Shown here piece after piece: positions 10,515 to 19,284 of a stretch of 64,000 bases of DNA. The DNA lies in assembly GCA_046300175.1 (NCBI GenBank), contig JBKCMS010000067.1, forward strand, positions 5,417 through 69,416. Reading direction: 5' to 3'. The notes under the pieces were generated by a model that ran no database searches, was not told the origin of the DNA, and saw only the letters and a list, made by a program, of their open reading frames with translations. Position 1 is the first letter of the stretch, and every line of letters begins with the position of its first letter. Source of the stretch: Pseudomonadota bacterium. Its GTDB lineage: Bacteria > Bdellovibrionota_C > UBA2361 > OMII01. The position numbers and the translations under genes are program-made.

Positions 10515-10928
10515 ATGTGGTTTACACCGAACCATTTTACCCTTTGTAATTCTCTGCGGCTGCTCGGTCTTGAGCCACGTTTTGAGGTAGGGGATGTGGT
10601 GGCGCGAGGTTTTGCAGACCTCGGCTTTGAGGAGTTTCAGGTCTTGCCGGGCCCTAGAATCCTCTCGCTAACCGCCGGTACGGTAAAGCCATTACCCGAT
10701 GATCACCGCGAGCACTTTTTCTGGATACCATCAGCGGATGAGGTCGTGAGTTTAATCGAGCAAAGTGGGGCGACGATCAATGAGTGTTTCCGTGAAGACT
10801 GTCGCGATTGGCGAATTGTGGTGCAAATTTCCTCGGGTAAAGCTTTTACAGTATCAGCTCGGTCGATACATGAAACGCTATTGCGAGCACTTATCGAGCT
10901 ATATTCAGTTGAAAAAGAGCAGTCATGA
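10515..10928 (+). CDS. hypothetical protein
   Basis: ORF packed between guaB and maf; its stop overlaps the maf start (ATGA). No recognisable motif. Confidence 0.5.
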   Translation: MWFTPNHFTLCNSLRLLGLEPRFEVGDVVARGFADLGFEEFQVLPGPRILSLTAGTVKPLPDDHREHFFWIPSADEVVSLIEQSGATINECFREDCRDWRIVVQISSGKAFTVSARSIHETLLRALIELYSVEKEQS

Positions 10929-11515
10929 GCAACAGCAGCGCAGCGTCTTTCCCATCTCCTATAGTGTTAGCGTCGGCATCCCCCCGCAGACTTGAGTTGC
11001 TGAGCCAAGCAGGAGTGTCCTTTTCTGTGGTGGTGGCTGGGATTGATGAGACTCCATTAGAGCATGAATCTCCGGAGAAGATGGTAGAGCGACTAGCTCT
11101 TCTAAAGGCAGAGGCCGTAGCAGCTCAGCAGCCGTTAGCCTACGTGGTTGGGGCAGATACAACCGTCTTCATCGATGGCCAATCGCTAGGCAAACCAACA
11201 TCGGAGCAGGAAGCACGCGAGATGTTGTCTCGAATTCAAGGTCGTACGCATCAGGTCTGGGGCGGTATAGCGATCGTTTGTATGTCCTCTGGCCTAAGTC
11301 GGGTATGGTCGCATATGACTGAGGTAACGATGCGCCCTATGAACACCCGCGAGATAGTCGACTATATAGCTACCGGTGAACCACTCGATAAGGCAGGCTC
11401 GTACGCAATTCAGGGTATTGGCCTTCAGTTTGTCGATACGATACGAGGCTCCTATTCAAACGTAGTCGGATTAAACATAGCAACCCTCCTCAAAGAGCTA
11501 AGAGACTTAGCATGA
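10925..11515 (+). CDS. maf: Maf-family nucleoside triphosphate pyrophosphatase
   Basis: VLASASPRRLELL, VVGADTTV, LDKAGSYAIQG. Confidence 0.9.
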   Translation: MSNSSAASFPSPIVLASASPRRLELLSQAGVSFSVVVAGIDETPLEHESPEKMVERLALLKAEAVAAQQPLAYVVGADTTVFIDGQSLGKPTSEQEAREMLSRIQGRTHQVWGGIAIVCMSSGLSRVWSHMTEVTMRPMNTREIVDYIATGEPLDKAGSYAIQGIGLQFVDTIRGSYSNVVGLNIATLLKELRDLA

Positions 11516-12228
11516 CCGATATTGCTCATAGGTGTGCAGTTATAGCGCAGTCGGTAGCGGAAGCAGCAAAGCGGGCTGGTCGAGAGCCATCACAAATAAC
11601 TGTCGTAGCAGTCAGCAAGAGAAAGCCGGTAAATGATATGCTTCTGTATGCGGCAGCCGCACAGGCGCAAGGAATGCAGGTGGTATTTGGAGAAAACTAC
11701 GTTCAAGAGCTGAAATTGAAGTATCCGGAAGTAAGAGAGTTGGGCAGTATCCACCTGATCGGCCCACTCCAAACTAATAAGATAAAAGAAGCGGTGCGCT
11801 GTGCAGACGTTATTGAATCTGCTCATTCTCCAAGAGTCATCGAAGGGATAGCCAAAGAGGCTCGCGCCTTAGGTAAAAGGCAGTCGATTTTTATCCAAGT
11901 TAATATAGGGGATGATCCACTAAAAAGCGGCTTTCATGCCGATCAGCTTACTGAAGCCTGTCAGGCAGTACGCATGCATAAAGACTCGCTGGCCCTATCA
12001 GGCCTGATGACCATCACTCCCTACTACTCAGATCCAGAGGGCGCACGCAAGGATTTCCGGGCAATGAGCGATCTGCGGAGTCGATTGCAGGCGAGCCCAG
12101 CCATCGAAATATTCGAGAATCGCACGATATATCTCAGTATGGGAATGTCATCCGACTTTGAAATAGCCATCGAGGAAGGTGCCGACCTTGTCAGGGTGGG
12201 TACAGCTCTTTTCGGAGAACGGCAGTAA
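11512..12228 (+). CDS. yggS: YggS-family PLP homeostasis protein
   Basis: VAVSKRKP (PLP lysine), FGENYVQE, HLIGPLQTNK, LSMGMSSDFEIAIEEGADLVRVGTALFG. Confidence 0.9.
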   Translation: MTDIAHRCAVIAQSVAEAAKRAGREPSQITVVAVSKRKPVNDMLLYAAAAQAQGMQVVFGENYVQELKLKYPEVRELGSIHLIGPLQTNKIKEAVRCADVIESAHSPRVIEGIAKEARALGKRQSIFIQVNIGDDPLKSGFHADQLTEACQAVRMHKDSLALSGLMTITPYYSDPEGARKDFRAMSDLRSRLQASPAIEIFENRTIYLSMGMSSDFEIAIEEGADLVRVGTALFGERQ

Positions 12229-12360
12229 TCACAGGCCCGCGGGGATCGTAACGCGCTTCAGGTCATACTCAATGAAGTGTACTGGTGGTAGCGTTGTCCT
12301 GTGTTGATTTCGAGACCGGTTATACCCCCTTGAGGTTTAAGTTTGCCACTAGCCCGGATA

Positions 12361-12490
12361 TTTCATGAAACTGCGTCGCGAGAGCGCCGAGAATGGTGAT
12401 TTTTCGGGCCCGAAGGGCGAATTCAAAAATCGATTTTTGAGCCGAAAAAGCGCCGTTATCGTCGCTCGCAGTAGCAGGCTTCATGAAATA
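12361..12490 (+). repeat. dispersed repeat family D, copy 1 (~130 bp, bounded by palindromic TTCATGAA)
   Basis: tttcatgaaactgcgtcgcgagagcgccgagaatggtgatttttcgggcccgaagggcgaatt... recurs in inverted orientation at 46605-46792. Confidence 0.85.
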
Positions 12491-12507
12491 TGCGGACTAG
12501 GTGACAC

Positions 12508-12921
12508 ATGGAAGTCAGTGAAATTATGCATCAGCAAGTAGAAGTGATAGGTCCACAGGCGTCTTTACGAGATGCCAGTGACCTTATGCACGACCGCGAT
12601 ATCCGACACTTGCCAGTGGTTGAGGCAGGACAGGTTATTGGCATCATAAGTGACAGAGATTTGCGTTGCTATCTATCAGATATGTTCCTGTTGCAGCCAG
12701 AGACTACGCCGGCATCAGCGCGCAAGACGATTACAGTGCGGCAGGTTATGCAGACTAAGCCAGTAACCTTGGACCCAGAGTCGGATATTCAGGAAGCGAT
12801 CGACTGCATGCTTGAATTTAAGATCGGAGCCGTTCTGGTTACTGACACAGAGGGACGATTGCAAGGTGTGGTGAGCTATGAGGATGTTATCAGAGCCGCA
12901 CGTGATCTGCTGCCAATGTAG
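12508..12921 (+). CDS. CBS-pair domain protein
   Basis: Two CBS motifs (IRHLPVVEAGQVIGIISDRDL; GAVLVTDTEGRLQGVVSYEDV). Confidence 0.85.
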   Translation: MEVSEIMHQQVEVIGPQASLRDASDLMHDRDIRHLPVVEAGQVIGIISDRDLRCYLSDMFLLQPETTPASARKTITVRQVMQTKPVTLDPESDIQEAIDCMLEFKIGAVLVTDTEGRLQGVVSYEDVIRAARDLLPM

Positions 12922-13028
12922 ACAGTGTGTGTTTACGGTGATTGAGCTCATCGCGAATGGTCGTAGGGCATAATAGAACTATTCGGCGCAGCAGTTCGGC
13001 GTTAAGGATACAGTAGGAGATATATATT

Positions 13029-13682
13029 ATGAAAAGCGATAAGCAATTACAGCAGGATGTCATGGACGATTTGCGTTGGGATCCTAGTCTCGATGCATCG
13101 AAAGTCGGAGTATCAGCGACCAACGGAGTTATTACCCTTACCGGCTCAGTGCCCAGCTATTTCCAGAAGCAAAATACCGAGCGCGTGGTCAAAAGGGTCG
13201 CTGGAGTACGCGCCGTGGCAAATGATATAGAGGTGCGTCTTGCAAACACAACAGAGAGAAACGATTCAGACATAGCGCAAGCCGTTTTGAACGCCTTGAA
13301 GTGGGATACTTCAGTCCCCGAAGAGAACGTTGATATCTCTGTTTCTAAGGGATGGGTCACAATAGAAGGGAGTGTAGACTGGAACTATCAACGAGAGGCA
13401 TGTGAGAAAGCTGTTGAAAAACTAATTGGTGTCAAAGGGGTTACTAATCGTATTGGTGTAGCTCCACACGCGAAATCAAAAGACGTCAAAAACGAGATAA
13501 AAGCCGCGCTTCATAGGTATGCTGAGCTTGAATCAAGGAATATCGAGGTGGATTCAGCAGATAGCACTGTCACGCTCCGTGGGCAGGTTCGCTCATGGGC
13601 GGAGCGCAAGGAAGCAGAGACTGCCGCCTGGATGGCACCGGGAGTCACTCAAGTAAAAAATGAGATCATTGTCTCGGTATAG
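13029..13682 (+). CDS. BON-domain (OsmY-like) protein, three BON repeats
   Basis: The pattern GVITLTGSVPS...V..VAGV..V.N.I.V repeats three times. Confidence 0.85.
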   Translation: MKSDKQLQQDVMDDLRWDPSLDASKVGVSATNGVITLTGSVPSYFQKQNTERVVKRVAGVRAVANDIEVRLANTTERNDSDIAQAVLNALKWDTSVPEENVDISVSKGWVTIEGSVDWNYQREACEKAVEKLIGVKGVTNRIGVAPHAKSKDVKNEIKAALHRYAELESRNIEVDSADSTVTLRGQVRSWAERKEAETAAWMAPGVTQVKNEIIVSV

Positions 13683-15441
13683 AGTTAGCTTGGATCGATT
13701 GCCGCAGCGAGCTGAGCCATTCTCGCTTTGATTTTTGCAAGCGAGACAATCCACGAATACGGTTAGGGTTGAACCGCTGGACTCGAGATACCTCGACTAC
13801 TGTTCCATCTGAGCAGGAGTGTTCGGCGACAAAAAATACATCGGGACCAGCGGCCGATGTAGGTTTAACCCTGAAATCGGTCCTTCCAGAGTGTAGGGTG
13901 GTGAGGGCGGCTGGCACAAAAGTTGTCAGCACCTCACCACGATGCGCTCCGATTGATGTTGCTCCGCCCCGAATACTCACAGAACACTGCGGCGATAGTG
14001 ATGTAACCGTTGCACTGAAGGTAACACTTTTAGCATTAAGGCTTTTAGCGCTAAGTCCAAGTGTTACTGGTTTGCCGATGTGCGGATTAGCTGGAGAAGG
14101 TCCGCCTCCACGCGGAGTTGGAGTAGGGGAGACAATCCCTCGCGAAAATCCGCGACGGCACTCGGAATACCACGTATCTAAATAACCAGATATTTCTAAG
14201 AGACTAGCGCTGGAAAATGATTTTGGGGTGTTGTTACTGAGGCTGGGGCGCATGATGCCTGTATCGGTATGCGAGGCATTGAGGGTATGTCCGATTTCGT
14301 GAGCTGTAGTAACCGGGTCTAACGCACTAGAGACGTGTTGGACGATTGCGAGGGAGAATGGTGACCGGTCGTTTCTGCAGGTAGTGCCTACATAGGCGAT
14401 GCCGATAGTTTTCTCGTCCATAGTTCGGCCCGTGAAAAATTGCACGAGATCTATCTGGTTCGCCGCGGTGTGCGATCCGGTGTGAATGATCGAGAAACGA
14501 GGCTGCAGACTAAGCTGTTGAGCTACGTCTAGTAGGTCGCTTGGGTTAGTGGCATCGCCGATCGAAGTTGGTCCAAATTGACGGGCTACCGTGAAGGTAT
14601 AGCCAAGCTGGTTTTCATAAAAGACGGCAGCGCTGTGAATAGTCGATATTAATGCATCGTTGCACGCCGCGACTGATGAGCATCGAATACGGCTTGAGAA
14701 TTGTGCGTCAAAATCAGTAGCTATGTATAAAGTGGGGTAGGTGGTACGGCTAGCAAACGGCGAGTCCTTCAACAAAACATATGAATCTCCGCTAATGGTG
14801 TATTTTAATGGCGTACCACACTGCAAATTGGGAAGGGATGAGCGTGACACTACTCCTGTTCGTGAGTTCCGTCTAAAAGGCCGGCTGATATCTTGGAGCG
14901 CAACTCTAAGAGACGAGAGCCTGCCGGTGTCGACCTCTGCACTGCGACGAATATCCGGAGTAGTGATCAGCAAGCGATGGGGCACAGAGGAGCGTAGAAT
15001 AACAGCAGCCACCGGAAATGCCTTGTCGGTAACTCCATGTGGCCTTAGCCACCCGCGCAGTAGCACAGGGCCGTTGCGGCGCAGTGTAGCTGAATTTCCT
15101 GCAGGTAAGCCAGAATTTAGTGATGGCGGGTCGGCCAGCGGCGCAGCCACTTCGGCCGATGTGAGCATTATTCGCGAGCCCCGAGAGGTTTGACTTTTTA
15201 CCGAAAGGGCTATCGGCTCTATCTGTAGCTCACAACGAGGTGAGAAAGATACAGCGGCGGAAGTTAGAGGCGATCCGCACGGGGAGGCATCAGCTTCAGC
15301 AATGATGCGCTCTAGCTGCTTTCGTGAGCCGCGCACCCAACTATTTAGCTCATCAGAGTGTCCAGCAGTTGGCAGTGTTACCAGAGCGCATACTGCGAGG
15401 ATAACGCTATAGGCGCCATGTTTGAGACCAGCAATAGTCAT
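13666..15441 (-). CDS. secreted zinc metalloprotease, reprolysin/ADAM-like HExxHxxxxxH
   Basis: Signal peptide (VILAVCALVTLPTAGHS). Zincin motif TTAHEIGHTLNASHTD. Confidence 0.7.
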   Translation of the reverse strand: MTIAGLKHGAYSVILAVCALVTLPTAGHSDELNSWVRGSRKQLERIIAEADASPCGSPLTSAAVSFSPRCELQIEPIALSVKSQTSRGSRIMLTSAEVAAPLADPPSLNSGLPAGNSATLRRNGPVLLRGWLRPHGVTDKAFPVAAVILRSSVPHRLLITTPDIRRSAEVDTGRLSSLRVALQDISRPFRRNSRTGVVSRSSLPNLQCGTPLKYTISGDSYVLLKDSPFASRTTYPTLYIATDFDAQFSSRIRCSSVAACNDALISTIHSAAVFYENQLGYTFTVARQFGPTSIGDATNPSDLLDVAQQLSLQPRFSIIHTGSHTAANQIDLVQFFTGRTMDEKTIGIAYVGTTCRNDRSPFSLAIVQHVSSALDPVTTAHEIGHTLNASHTDTGIMRPSLSNNTPKSFSSASLLEISGYLDTWYSECRRGFSRGIVSPTPTPRGGGPSPANPHIGKPVTLGLSAKSLNAKSVTFSATVTSLSPQCSVSIRGGATSIGAHRGEVLTTFVPAALTTLHSGRTDFRVKPTSAAGPDVFFVAEHSCSDGTVVEVSRVQRFNPNRIRGLSRLQKSKREWLSSLRQSIQANSIPRQ

Positions 15442-15647
15442 AATGCAGAGAGATCCTACAACGACTTGGGCTTGTTGAGTAGAGCACTTAGCGCGGGAGC
15501 AGGGCGTCGCACTTCTCTCTTCTTAAAGGGGCCAAAAATCTGCGGAAGCTACTGGCACAATTAACTTAAACAGCATCTGCCCGCACGTTTTTATCCTTTT
15601 TGAAACTTCCAGCGTTCCTAAATAGATAGCGGGATAACTGCGATGCC

Positions 15648-16541
15648 CTAGCGCGGGAGGCGCTGTATGCCACCGATCTTGACGGTAGAGCGTGGACTAG
15701 TGCCGGCATCGAATAGCAGCGCGCTGCCGGGAACCCAGCCGCGAACGCCGTTGTTCGTGCGCACCCGGTACCAGGCGCCTGAGCGATAATCAATCAGGAC
15801 CTCAGTGTGCTGTGGTATCTTGAGTAATGTTGAATCTAGGCGTGTTGGGCCAGTCTTAAGGTATGTAGAGGCGTTGCGTATCGTGGCGAGTTCATCTGAG
15901 GTAAGTAGTGCTGGCCGCGCTGTCACAGCAGGGGTTAGGTCCTGGATCGGCACGGTTCGCGAGCGAGCTGCGTCGAATGTTGGCCTGCTAGAAGCTCCCG
16001 ATGGATTTAAGCGGTAGAACGACCCTAAGCGCTTTGCTGTTGTTCCATCAGGAGAATCGTCATAGGCCTTAGTTCTTACGCGATTAGAAGTTGCCAGTTG
16101 TGGCGCCTGAATTTTCTTAGGGGGCTCGAGGGCGGGATGCTTCTGTAGCTCCTGAAGAGCCTTGGGTTTAGTCACTTCAGTAGTAGAGGCCGTTTCGATC
16201 GAGGCGCTAGCCTGTTCTTCCGTTACAGGTGCTGATTCAGGAGCCTTGATTTCAAGCACCGTGATCGATCCTGCTGAAGAGCCTCCCTCTGATGGATTCA
16301 CTATTACCGTTGAAGCTTCCTGTTCCGTTGAGGCTGCTGGTGCCATTGGAACATCGGATGAGTCTAGATTCATGGAGCGCAGTAGCTCCTCTTCTTTTCT
16401 ACGAAGCTCCTGCTCGCGGGAGTCTATAGAGGTGTTATCCGCAGCTCCTTCATCGTTGGCTAGCGCCAAATTAGTAAAACCGCATACAAGGCAAATGGCA
16501 GCTGAAGAAAAGAGATGTGGTAGGCGCAGGTTGTAAGACAT
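15648..16541 (-). CDS. secreted protein with C-terminal bacterial SH3 domain
   Basis: Signal peptide (AAICLVCGFTNLALAND), low-complexity acidic/Ser-Thr linker, C-terminal GAWYRVRTNNGVRGWVPGSALL. Confidence 0.6.
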   Translation of the reverse strand: MSYNLRLPHLFSSAAICLVCGFTNLALANDEGAADNTSIDSREQELRRKEEELLRSMNLDSSDVPMAPAASTEQEASTVIVNPSEGGSSAGSITVLEIKAPESAPVTEEQASASIETASTTEVTKPKALQELQKHPALEPPKKIQAPQLATSNRVRTKAYDDSPDGTTAKRLGSFYRLNPSGASSRPTFDAARSRTVPIQDLTPAVTARPALLTSDELATIRNASTYLKTGPTRLDSTLLKIPQHTEVLIDYRSGAWYRVRTNNGVRGWVPGSALLFDAGTSPRSTVKIGGIQRLPR

Positions 16542-16860
16542 ACAAAACGTAGGTCAGAATTTAAAGTTTCTGTGACGGGTCAGTTGGCTTTTGCCAAGCA
16601 CGCTCCCGTAAGCAGCTAAAGAGTACGAGTGGCACGGCCCCCGAACACCTTAAAGAACCTAAGTACAAACCTAGGTAAAAACCTACGAATCAACAGGTCT
16701 TGATAGTGCTCCGTCTCCATAACTACCAAAGTGATGGCTAAAAACGAGCTAAGACCTTACCTACCATTGTAATCGGCTCAGTATACTTAATCAAACAGGG
16801 CCTCAGATTGAGAATCAGAGTAATCGCCAGAATAAAAGTGCTGTGATTTCAGATATATAT

Positions 16861-17080
16861 AGCGTTCCGTAAAAGTCTGTAGCGAAATCTCGACTTTTGG
16901 AGAACGCTATCGATTCGCGGATGCGAATCAAAACAACAACCTATAGTGATGTCCAGCAAAAGCCTTGCCAGTTTTACAGGCACGGACTTTTGCACATCAC
17001 TATAGGCGCAGCCTTATTCATTTTCGAAAAAATGCATGAGAATAGCTGGGCGAGTGCAATTTTGGCGTAGCTAAGTTGTC
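16861..17080. repeat. composite of three dispersed repeat modules (E, F, A) in tandem
   Basis: - E, 16861-16936: matches 44491-44570 in reverse complement.
- F, 16940-17006: hairpin cctatagtgatgt...acatcactatagg; matches 34621-34690.
- A, 17008-17080: hairpin plus gctgggcgagtgcaattttggcgtagc; matches 33258 and 41974. Confidence 0.8.
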
Positions 17081-17133
17081 TGTTTTGATTTGCATCTGCT
17101 AATTGATAGCAGTCTTCCAAAGCTGGGATTTAG

Positions 17134-19233
17134 CTACAGATCTTTGGAGCACGCCATAGCCGTTTCAAACCAAGCGACAACACCCTGGCCGAGCGCACGA
17201 TTGCGGACATTCTCCACTGCTTGTTGGTGGACATCTGATAGACCCGCTCCCATGAGCTCAATTGCTACAACTACCGGTTTTGAAGCCTTTGCCAGACGTA
17301 TTGCCCGCGCTACCGCGAGCCTACGCTGCTCAGAGCAGCTTAATAGAGCAGTCGGCATCCCTAAAGCTAGGTGTTGGAGATCTAGGGCCTCTGTGAGCTC
17401 AAGGGCCTGTCGCGCCTTGGCAAGTGCGGCGAGTATCTGGGAGGAATCCTTAATAGGTTGGTTTAAAATCGCAGAGAAAGCTACTCCACGAAACAGGGCG
17501 GAGTTTATCGGAGCGCTACAACGGGCACCACAACACACCGGGCAGGGATGAGCAAGAGGACGAGGAAGTTGGTCATAGTGGGTCAGGATCACACCGAGAC
17601 CACTACACTCCCTACACAAGTAACGCGGTGAGCGAGATGAAAACAAGGTGAAGTCCTTAAACGTTAGGCCGAGTGTGCGAGCATCCAGAGATGCAGCATA
17701 TAGCTGGGCCAGAGGTTCCAAAACGCCAAGCTCTTCACCCACCACGCGCGCCCTGCCGGAAAGCGGCAGAAAAAGCGGGATAGCTACAAGTTGGGCTGGT
17801 GATTTCATCGTAGCTAAGCCTGCTCGCAATTTGTTTGTTAGTTGGTTGAAAAATGATGGCGCCTCGGTATCAGGGCGGCATAGCTGTACTAGCTCGCCGG
17901 CATATATTCCGGTCAAGCGCGTACAGCTACCAGCGTCTGAGGATAGCTCTATTGGAGGGCTGAGTTCTTTTAGGCCTCTGGAACCAATCGCTGGAACGTG
18001 CTGGATTCGTGAGTTAAGCGGAGAGAATGTTTCTCCGATAACGATAACCGAACGGAAAGAAGCGATTTTTTGAGCGAGTTCCATCACCGCACGGCCCCGT
18101 GCGTCTGACATGAGACCACGAGGTAAATCAACAACGATAGTATCTTCTCGATGCTCAGCGGCTAGAAAACTTCTTATCAGTGATAAGCATGCTAGTTCCT
18201 GCGCGTCCAAGATATCAGTTCGCGAGCCCAGAGGCAGGCCGTCTAGGGAAATAGCGCCTAGCAGCGCCTGGGCCTGAGATAGGAGAGAGCCTTGATTTGC
18301 GCTTAGCATCCCTACGGGACGCATTAAGAGATCAGAAATGGTGTCCTTTCCGTTAAATACAAGCTGCGACTCTGCCGATCTGTCACGAGCGTTATCGAGC
18401 CCGCGTGTGAGCAGAGCTGATAGGGTCGCACGATAAACAGGTCCAGCGCCTATTTGGCACTTGTTACACCAGCCGTTAGGCGAATACGACAATGATTCGC
18501 CGCTCGCATCAGATACAGTGAAATAAATGTCGGGCACTCTCCAGGCTAAGTGTAGGAGTGTACTTATGGCAGCAATCGATGATTCCTGGCAAAGGAACCG
18601 GTCGATAAGTACTGTGTGAGCACCGGTCGAGCTGATAGTGGGTGTTAGGCCATGAAGCTGTGCCCATTCATTCAGGTTTAGAGAATAGGTTGAGGCATTG
18701 AGGGTAATCGTCTTTCCGCTCCAATGCTTTCGGACGCTATCAAGGAGAGAGATCGGCGATGTGTACCTAGTGAGTAGTGTACCACACTGATTACACTGGC
18801 AGCATGATGAATTTATAGCCGAATCGATAACTGAATCAATTAATCCACACGCAGCCAGTGCAGTAAGCGGTGTGTAGGCTAAGCGCTCCGGAGATGTATA
18901 CTGAGTTCTGGCTGCGAGAGTTCTAGTTAAACGTCCAGAAAGTGGCTCCGGTATGGCTCCCGCTTTTAGTGTTTCGATGAAGCGCTCCTGGGCAATCGAG
19001 TCAGCATAGAAACCGTCAATCCACTCTAGAGATCCTATATCGGCGCCTGCTATATGAACTCCCCGCGGCTCAAACGCGATCGAAAATGACACAACGCCTT
19101 CGGCACTCTGAGAGTAAGATTGATTAGATGCGCTGACTGCTGCGTCTAGTTGACCTCCATGCGCAGCATGTCGGAAAAATCGGGCAGCTGAAAAGACCTC
19201 TCCAGAGATTCGCCGTATGCTTGGCTCAGCCAT
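17134..19233 (-). CDS. UvrA-like protein with degenerate ABC ATPase motifs
   Basis: By eye it is colinear with UvrA. Cys clusters are kept: CCQCNQCG, WCNKCQ, CRECSGLG...CPVCCG. The ATPase motifs are altered:
- Walker A positions read IAGADIGSL and LTGIYAGEL.
- Signature motifs read LDAQELAC and LSCSEQRR.
- Walker B reads VVDLP and AIELM. Confidence 0.7.
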   Translation of the reverse strand: MAEPSIRRISGEVFSAARFFRHAAHGGQLDAAVSASNQSYSQSAEGVVSFSIAFEPRGVHIAGADIGSLEWIDGFYADSIAQERFIETLKAGAIPEPLSGRLTRTLAARTQYTSPERLAYTPLTALAACGLIDSVIDSAINSSCCQCNQCGTLLTRYTSPISLLDSVRKHWSGKTITLNASTYSLNLNEWAQLHGLTPTISSTGAHTVLIDRFLCQESSIAAISTLLHLAWRVPDIYFTVSDASGESLSYSPNGWCNKCQIGAGPVYRATLSALLTRGLDNARDRSAESQLVFNGKDTISDLLMRPVGMLSANQGSLLSQAQALLGAISLDGLPLGSRTDILDAQELACLSLIRSFLAAEHREDTIVVDLPRGLMSDARGRAVMELAQKIASFRSVIVIGETFSPLNSRIQHVPAIGSRGLKELSPPIELSSDAGSCTRLTGIYAGELVQLCRPDTEAPSFFNQLTNKLRAGLATMKSPAQLVAIPLFLPLSGRARVVGEELGVLEPLAQLYAASLDARTLGLTFKDFTLFSSRSPRYLCRECSGLGVILTHYDQLPRPLAHPCPVCCGARCSAPINSALFRGVAFSAILNQPIKDSSQILAALAKARQALELTEALDLQHLALGMPTALLSCSEQRRLAVARAIRLAKASKPVVVAIELMGAGLSDVHQQAVENVRNRALGQGVVAWFETAMACSKDL

Positions 19234-19284
19234 ATCCTAACTCAAAAGTCTATGCAGCTGCGGCGCTTAATCTGGATCAGGGAG

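Noticed and set aside
13666-13682. 17-nt overlap of the convergent BON-domain and metalloprotease genes as a regulatory feature
   Set aside because: Short 3'-end overlaps of convergent genes are common. I saw no structure or conserved element that would single this one out.
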